A DNA stretch of 64,000 nt from Escherichia phage Phi1. The position numbers were made by a program, and so were the translations under genes. Below are positions 58,264 to 64,000 of the stretch, in pieces. Below the pieces are notes generated by a model, which saw only the letters and a list, made by a program, of their open reading frames with translations, had not been told where the DNA came from and did no database searches. Each line of letters begins with the position of its first letter. Within the stretch, counting starts at the first letter, position 1. The stretch lies in the sequence record EF437941. One strand, 5' to 3'.

Positions 58264-58758
58264 ATGGCACTCGATTTGAATGATATTACACGCGGTTTCG
58301 AGTCTGGCGATTTTGCTCGTCCTAACCTGTTTGAAGTTGAGATCCCGTATCTGGGGCAAAACTTTAAGCTGATGTGTAAGGCTGCGACTGTCCCGGCTGC
58401 TACCGTAGAAAAAATTGCTATAGGCTATCAAAACCGTAAAATTAACATCGCTGGCGACCGTGTATACGACGACTGGACCATCACTGTATTCAACGATGAC
58501 GCACACAAGATCCGTGATGCTATCGTTGCATGGAGCGATCAGACACACGGCACTGGTTCGGCGATCACTGGTGCAACTCCTGCACAATATAAGAAACAAG
58601 CTATTGTTCGTCAACTTAACCGTAACACCGAATCAACTAGCGAAAAAACATTGTACGGTATTTTCCCTACCAACGTTGGTGAAGTAACCCTCGATTGGGA
58701 ACAAAACAACGAAGTTGAAACGTTTGAAGTTACTTTTGCTATCGATTGGGTAGAATAA
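58264..58758 (+). CDS. 19: tail tube protein gp19
   Basis: 164 aa; synteny. Confidence 0.9.
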   Translation: MALDLNDITRGFESGDFARPNLFEVEIPYLGQNFKLMCKAATVPAATVEKIAIGYQNRKINIAGDRVYDDWTITVFNDDAHKIRDAIVAWSDQTHGTGSAITGATPAQYKKQAIVRQLNRNTESTSEKTLYGIFPTNVGEVTLDWEQNNEVETFEVTFAIDWVE

Positions 58759-58770
58759 ATATATTATCAT

Positions 58771-58789
58771 GCGGGGAGAAGTTCCCCGC
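58771..58789 (+). promoter_or_regulatory. conserved GC hairpin between genes 19 and 20
   Basis: GCGGGGAGAAGTTCCCCGC, no U-tract. Confidence 0.5.
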
Positions 58790-58816
58790 CTAATTTCTCC
58801 CAATTCGAGGTGAATA

Positions 58817-60382
58817 ATGTTTAGTAGATTAAAAATGCTTGCGCGTTGGGCTGATTTTGACAACGACAAATACGAAGAACAAATTAAAGATAAAGCAGAG
58901 TCTATCGCCGCACCTAAAAACAATGATGGTGCTACGGAAGTAGAAATTAATGATAATTTACCTGCTAGCGCGTGGAACTCTCTTACCCAGCAATTTTACA
59001 GCACCGACCAGAAAATCAGCACAACTAAGCAATTAGTTAACACATATCGCGGTTTGATGAATAACCATGAAGTCGAAAACGCTGTACAAAATATCGTTAA
59101 CGATGCGATTGTATTTGAAGAAGGTCATGAAGTTGTTTCATTAAATCTTGAGGCGACTGGCTTTAGTGAATCTGTAAAAGAGCGCATTCATGAAGAATTT
59201 AAAGATCTTTTAAACACTATCCAGTTTGATAGGCGCGGTCAGGATATGTTCCGTCGCTGGTATGTAGATTCGCGTATTTTCTTCCATAAGATCATCGGTA
59301 AAAATCCAAAAGATGGTATCGTAGAATTACGCCAGCTTGACCCACGTAATCTTGAATATGTTCGCGAGATCATTACAGAAGACACACCGGAAGGTAAAAT
59401 TTATAAAGCAACGAAAGAATATTTCATTTACACTGTAGGCAATAGCTCTTATTGCGCAGGTGGTCAAGTATTCTCTCCTAATAGTCGCGTTAAAATCCCG
59501 CGTAGTGCTATTACATACGCTCACAGCGGCTTGATGGATTGTGATGATAAATATATCATTGGTTATTTGCATCGGGCTGTTAAGCCAGCAAACCAGCTTA
59601 AATTGTTGGAAGACGCAATGGTCGTTTATCGTATCACGCGTGCACCGGAACGCCGAGTGTTCTTTATTGATACCGGAAACATGAACAACCGCAAGGCTGC
59701 ACAGCACATGAACTCAGTGGCACAGTCTTTTAAAAACCGCGTTGTTTATGATGCATCGACTGGTAAACTTAAAAACCAGCAAGCAAATCTATCAATGACA
59801 GAGGACTACTGGTTACAGCGTCGAGATGGTAAAGCAATCACCGACGTTACTACTTTACCCGGTGCATCCGGTATGAGTGATATCGATGATATTCGCTACT
59901 TTAACCGTAAATTGTATGAAGCGTTGCGTGTACCATTGTCACGCAGTAATCTCTCCGATGCTAATATGGTGATCGGTGGTGACGGTTCAGAAATTACTCG
60001 CGATGAGTTGGAATTTTCGAAATTCATTAGAACTCGGCAATCACAGTTTTCGGAAGTATTGCGCGATCCTCTGAAATATAATCTGATTCTCAAAAATGTA
60101 ATTACGGAAGATGATTGGGATCGTGAAATAAATAATATCAAGGTGGTTTTCCATCGGGACTCTTACTATACAGAAGTTAAAGACGCGGAAATTTTAGAAC
60201 GTCGAATCGGTCTAATCGAACGTATTACACCTTACATTGGTAAATATTTCTCTAACCAGACAGTGATGCGTGACATTCTGAAATATACCGATGACCAGAT
60301 GGACACCGAGAAGAAACAGATCGAAGAAGAAGCGAACGATCCGCGCTTTAAACAAACTCCCGATGAAATAGAGGATTTTTAA
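58817..60382 (+). CDS. 20: portal vertex protein gp20
   Basis: 521 aa; synteny. Confidence 0.9.
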   Translation: MFSRLKMLARWADFDNDKYEEQIKDKAESIAAPKNNDGATEVEINDNLPASAWNSLTQQFYSTDQKISTTKQLVNTYRGLMNNHEVENAVQNIVNDAIVFEEGHEVVSLNLEATGFSESVKERIHEEFKDLLNTIQFDRRGQDMFRRWYVDSRIFFHKIIGKNPKDGIVELRQLDPRNLEYVREIITEDTPEGKIYKATKEYFIYTVGNSSYCAGGQVFSPNSRVKIPRSAITYAHSGLMDCDDKYIIGYLHRAVKPANQLKLLEDAMVVYRITRAPERRVFFIDTGNMNNRKAAQHMNSVAQSFKNRVVYDASTGKLKNQQANLSMTEDYWLQRRDGKAITDVTTLPGASGMSDIDDIRYFNRKLYEALRVPLSRSNLSDANMVIGGDGSEITRDELEFSKFIRTRQSQFSEVLRDPLKYNLILKNVITEDDWDREINNIKVVFHRDSYYTEVKDAEILERRIGLIERITPYIGKYFSNQTVMRDILKYTDDQMDTEKKQIEEEANDPRFKQTPDEIEDF

Positions 60383-60622
60383 ATGAAACAATTTATCGAA
60401 GCAATTAAAACTCGCGATCTAACGCTGATCGAAAAAGAATTTGATAAGATCATGGAGGCTAAAAAAGCCCAGATCATCGAATCTCAGCGTGTCGAAATCG
60501 CATCCAGTATCATGATCGAAGGTGAAGAAGAAAAAGACCGCGATGATGAAGATATGGAAGATGAGGACGACGAAGACGAAGATCGCAAAGACGATAAAAA
60601 AGACAAAGAAGACGACGAATAA
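60383..60622 (+). CDS. 67: prohead core protein gp67
   Basis: 79 aa, highly acidic C-terminus; synteny. Confidence 0.75.
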   Translation: MKQFIEAIKTRDLTLIEKEFDKIMEAKKAQIIESQRVEIASSIMIEGEEEKDRDDEDMEDEDDEDEDRKDDKKDKEDDE

Positions 60623-60634
60623 TAGGAAGCCAAC

Positions 60635-61042
60635 ATGATTAAAGATTTTACTCCTAAAGCTGACTTAGAAACTTTTCTGCCGGAAGCACAGGAAAAATTG
60701 GACATGTTGGCTATGTTTGAGTCAGAAGAACTATTGAAAATCGTTGAAGGTATCTCCGAGGATGAGCCGGAACTGGCGGTAGCAATGCTGTCTATCATCG
60801 ACGGAATTACTGTAAATGAAGCAATGGTTAAACATGTAAACGCACGCGGGGAAGTTGCACGTAAGAAAGATCGCAAAACCCGTGAGCGTAATGCTTACAT
60901 GACTACTGGCCTAAGCAAAGCTAAACGCCGTCAAATTGCCCGTCGTGCTGCAAAAACCAAACGTGCAAATCCATCTATCGAACGTCATGCGGAACGTAAG
61001 CGCAAAAAAGCAATGCGTAAACGTAAGGCGTTAGGATTATAA
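60635..61042 (+). CDS. 68: prohead core protein gp68
   Basis: 135 aa; synteny. Confidence 0.75.
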   Translation: MIKDFTPKADLETFLPEAQEKLDMLAMFESEELLKIVEGISEDEPELAVAMLSIIDGITVNEAMVKHVNARGEVARKKDRKTRERNAYMTTGLSKAKRRQIARRAAKTKRANPSIERHAERKRKKAMRKRKALGL

Positions 61043-61053
61043 CAGGAAACAAC

Positions 61054-61749
61054 ATGGAAAAGAACGAATTACTGATCGAACAATGGGGCGTTCCTTGTGC
61101 TCGCGGTAGTTCGTCATTGCTTGAATCATTTGATGATAAGGCTACAGGAAATCTCTATATTCAAGGGATTTTCCTGCAAGCCGAAACAGTAAACCGTAAT
61201 AAACGCTGGTATCCTCGCAGTGTTCTAGAAAATGCGGTTACTAAATACATACATGAACAAGTTGAGACACATCAAGCTCTAGGCGAACTTAATCACCCAG
61301 CAAGAGCAATGCCAGATCCATCTAATGCTTGCATCATAATTGAAAAATTATGGTGGGAAGGTAATAACGTGATGGGTAAAGCCCGTGTTATTGAAGGGGA
61401 TAAAGGCGCAGGTGATAAACTTGCTGCACTGATTCGCGCTGGCTGGATTCCTGGCGTTTCATCCCGTGGATTGGGTCGTTTGAAAGACTCAGGTCGCGGA
61501 TACAATATTGTACAGGAAGGTTTTGTGTTGACGGTTGGTGTTGATGTTGTATGGGGTCCGAGCGCACCAGATGCGTGGGTAACTCCGGTGGTTGAGTCAA
61601 CGGATAGCGATTCTAGCGCGTCAGACGCACCAGAAAGCGATAAAACCGAAAAAGTGACTAACCCTACAGCCTCACAACAAAACATCGTAGAATCGAATAA
61701 TAGCGCGTTTATGGCGCTCGCAGAAGCGTTATCTAAACGCTATAAATAA
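61054..61749 (+). CDS. 21: prohead core protease gp21
   Basis: 231 aa; position between 68 and 22. Confidence 0.85.
   Translation: MEKNELLIEQWGVPCARGSSSLLESFDDKATGNLYIQGIFLQAETVNRNKRWYPRSVLENAVTKYIHEQVETHQALGELNHPARAMPDPSNACIIIEKLWWEGNNVMGKARVIEGDKGAGDKLAALIRAGWIPGVSSRGLGRLKDSGRGYNIVQEGFVLTVGVDVVWGPSAPDAWVTPVVESTDSDSSASDAPESDKTEKVTNPTASQQNIVESNNSAFMALAEALSKRYK
61741..61748 (+). promoter_or_regulatory. T4-type late promoter (TATAAATA) for gene 22
   Basis: Exact TATAAATA overlapping the end of gene 21. Confidence 0.6.
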
Positions 61750-61780
61750 TAACGTCGTTATCAACAAGAAGGTTATAACC

Positions 61781-62575
61781 ATGCTTAAAGAAATGCTGCT
61801 CGAAGAAGCAAAACAGATCACCGTAGACGTTGCTCTCGATGACCTGTTTGAATCCGTCGAACTGTCGCCGGAAGTAAAAGAAAATTTTGGTACTATCTAC
61901 GCTCAGGCGGTAAAAGCTAATGCTGTTGCTCTGGCAGAAAGCCACATTGAAAAAATCGCCGCTAAAGCCGATGAACTGGTAGAATCAAAGGTCGAAGAAG
62001 CACGCACCGAGATTGAAACCAAACTGTACGAAGATGCAGATAAATTCCTGAATCACTTAGGCGCTAAATGGCTGGCAGAAAATAAAGAAGCCGTTACCCG
62101 TAATATTAAAGCGGATCTGTGCGAATCCCTGATTGGTTCTCTGAAAGATGTTTTCGTTACTCACAATGTTGTAGTACCGGAAGAATCTGTAGACGTTGTT
62201 GCTGAACTTGACGAAGCACTCAAAGAAGAAAAAGAAAAAACCTCTGAACTCTTTGATGCCAAACTGCAACTTGAAAGCGAAATTCGTGGCATGAAGCGCG
62301 AACAAGCGATCAATGAAAGCACTCGTGATCTTTCCGATACTCAGAAAGAAAAAGTAACCGCGCTGATTGAAGGTCTGGAATATAGCGAAACTTTCGATAA
62401 GAAATTAACTGCAATTGTCGAAATGGTTGCTAAGAAAGAAGACAAACAAGCGAAGATTGAAGAATCACTAAATACTGATGCCGACAAGCTGAATGTTATT
62501 GCAGAAAATGTCGAAAAATCAGATAAAAAGGCAACTGTAGATTCCGGCGTATCCCGCTACCTGAATTTCATCTAA
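61781..62575 (+). CDS. 22: prohead core scaffold protein gp22
   Basis: 264 aa, acidic coiled-coil; late promoter upstream. Confidence 0.85.
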   Translation: MLKEMLLEEAKQITVDVALDDLFESVELSPEVKENFGTIYAQAVKANAVALAESHIEKIAAKADELVESKVEEARTEIETKLYEDADKFLNHLGAKWLAENKEAVTRNIKADLCESLIGSLKDVFVTHNVVVPEESVDVVAELDEALKEEKEKTSELFDAKLQLESEIRGMKREQAINESTRDLSDTQKEKVTALIEGLEYSETFDKKLTAIVEMVAKKEDKQAKIEESLNTDADKLNVIAENVEKSDKKATVDSGVSRYLNFI

Positions 62576-62593
62576 TGTAATTCAAATCTACTT

Positions 62594-62601
62594 TATAAAT
62601 A
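62594..62601 (+). promoter_or_regulatory. T4-type late promoter (TATAAATA) for gene 23
   Basis: Exact TATAAATA ~33 nt upstream of the ATG. Confidence 0.7.
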
Positions 62602-62634
62602 CTTTAGGTTAACAACAAACAAGGTTTAAAGAAC

Positions 62635-64000
62635 ATGAAAACTACCAAAGAACTGATGGAAAAATGGTCCCCGCTGCTGGAGAACGAAAAACTGCCGGAA
62701 ATCGCAACTGCGTCTAAGCAGAAACTGGTTGCTAAAATTCTGGAATCTCAGGAAGCGGATTTTGCTGTAGACCCGATCTATAAGGATGAAAAAGTTGTTG
62801 AAGCATTCGGTGGCTTTATCGCAGAAGCCGAAGTTGCTGGCGACCACGGTTATGACGCATCTCAGATCGCGGCTGGTCAGACTACCGGTGCAATCACCAA
62901 CGTAGGTCCGGCTGTTATCGGTATGGTTCGCCGTGCTATCCCTAACCTGATCGCATTTGATATTTGTGGTGTTCAGCCGATGAGCACTCCGACTAGCCAG
63001 ATCTTTGCAATCCGTTCTGTATACGGTCCTAACCCGCTGGCGTCTCAGGCTAAAGAAGCATTCCATCCGATGTATGCACCTGATGCGTTCCATAGCTCTC
63101 TTGCTGCTAAAGGTGCAGCTGTAGGTTCTCCGACCGGGACTCCGTTTGCTAAACTGGCAATCGGTACTCAGATTGAAGCGGGTGATATTGTACATCACAC
63201 CTTCGCAGAAACTGGCATTGCGTATCTGCAAAACGTTACCGCAGAACAAGTAACCCCGACCAAAGCTGGCAGCGAGTCCGAAGATGAAGTTGTCATGAAG
63301 CTGATGGAAGAAGGTAAACTGGCTGAAATCGCTTTCGGTATGGCGACTTCCATTGCCGAAATTCAGGAAGGCTTTAACGGTTCCAGCAATAACCCGTGGG
63401 CTGAAATGTCAATGCGTATTGACAAACAGGTTGTTGAAGCGAAATCTCGCCAACTGAAAGCCCGTTACTCTATCGAAGTTGCGCAGGATCTGCGTGCTGT
63501 ACACGGTATGGATGCTGACGCTGAACTGAATGCTATCCTGGCTAACGAAGTTCTGCTTGAAATCAACCGTGAAATCGTTGACGTCATCAACTTTACCGCT
63601 CAGGTTGGTAAGACTGGTATGACTCAGACCGTTGGTTCTAAAGCTGGTGTATTTGACCTGCAAGACCCGATCGATACTCGCGGTGCTCGTTGGGCTGGTG
63701 AATCCTTCAAATCTCTGATCTACCAGATCGACAAAGAAGCTGCTGAAATCGCTCGTCAGACTGGTCGCGGTGCTGGTAACTTTGTTATCGCTTCCCGTAA
63801 CGTTGTAAACATTCTTGCTTCTGCTGATCAGGGTATCAGTCTTGCTATGCAGGGTGCTGCAAAAGGTCTGAATACCGACACCACTAAAGCTGTGTTCGCT
63901 GGTGTTCTGGCTGGTAAGTACAAAGTGTTCATCGACCAGTATGCTCGTCAAGACTACTTCACCGTAGGTTACAAAGGCGACAACGAAATGGATGCTGGTA
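62635..64000 (+). CDS. 23: major capsid protein gp23 (5' portion, continues past window end)
   Basis: Near-identity to T4 gp23 over long stretches as recalled (GVQPM, NPWAEM, DKQVVEAKSRQLKA); not in ORF track because there is no stop in the window. Confidence 0.95.
   Translation, partial: MKTTKELMEKWSPLLENEKLPEIATASKQKLVAKILESQEADFAVDPIYKDEKVVEAFGGFIAEAEVAGDHGYDASQIAAGQTTGAITNVGPAVIGMVRRAIPNLIAFDICGVQPMSTPTSQIFAIRSVYGPNPLASQAKEAFHPMYAPDAFHSSLAAKGAAVGSPTGTPFAKLAIGTQIEAGDIVHHTFAETGIAYLQNVTAEQVTPTKAGSESEDEVVMKLMEEGKLAEIAFGMATSIAEIQEGFNGSSNNPWAEMSMRIDKQVVEAKSRQLKARYSIEVAQDLRAVHGMDADAELNAILANEVLLEINREIVDVINFTAQVGKTGMTQTVGSKAGVFDLQDPIDTRGARWAGESFKSLIYQIDKEAAEIARQTGRGAGNFVIASRNVVNILASADQGISLAMQGAAKGLNTDTTKAVFAGVLAGKYKVFIDQYARQDYFTVGYKGDNEMDAG

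Noticed and set aside
60484-60876. Minus-strand 130-aa serine-rich ORF
   Set aside because: Antisense of the acidic gp67 tail and gp68; low complexity and embedded in well-supported plus-strand late genes
62626-63951. Minus-strand ORFs 62626..63249 and 63409..63951
   Set aside because: Antisense within major capsid gene 23, whose plus-strand frame has an unmistakable gp23 sequence

Overview
This window reads as a T4-type (Tevenvirinae-like) phage segment in two parts. Positions ~1-33,260 are a minus-strand early/middle region tiled with ~80 mostly small genes; recognisable ones are nrdG, nrdD (intronless), endonuclease VII (49), nrdC, dam, thymidine kinase, a GrcA/YfiD-type glycyl-radical cofactor, an M15-peptidase endolysin, 57B/57A, dNMP kinase (1) and genes 3, 2 and 4. 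Positions ~33,300-64,000 are the plus-strand late structural cluster, collinear with T4: 53, 5, 5.4, 6-12, wac, 13-20, 67, 68, 21, 22 and the 5' part of 23. The early region is punctuated by at least 15 near-identical promoter cassettes (TTGACA-N17-TATAAT with a GC-rich stem-loop in or over the spacer, then a conserved AAGGAGAATCAAA-ATG initiation region), often directly behind an intrinsic terminator. These resemble the promoter-early stem-loops described for RB49-like phages, so an RB49-like origin is my inference, not a verified assignment. Three insertions break T4 synteny and are the main candidates for something new: a sigma70-driven, terminator-flanked three-gene cassette ending in an NPPF-motif methyltransferase between genes 8 and 9; a GIY-YIG/NUMOD3 homing-endonuclease-like gene between 13 and 14; and a triple Cys-repeat plus T5orf172-like gene with a divergent coiled-coil ORF between 3 and 2. 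Other notable items are a gp38-like glycine-rich adhesin stranded in the early region, a macro-domain protein, a Dps-like protein, a Pol-beta-type nucleotidyltransferase, arrays of tiny membrane proteins and a candidate small RNA. No tRNA, rRNA or CRISPR array was found. All identifications rest on motifs, size and synteny recalled from memory; regulatory coordinates are approximate (a few bp).
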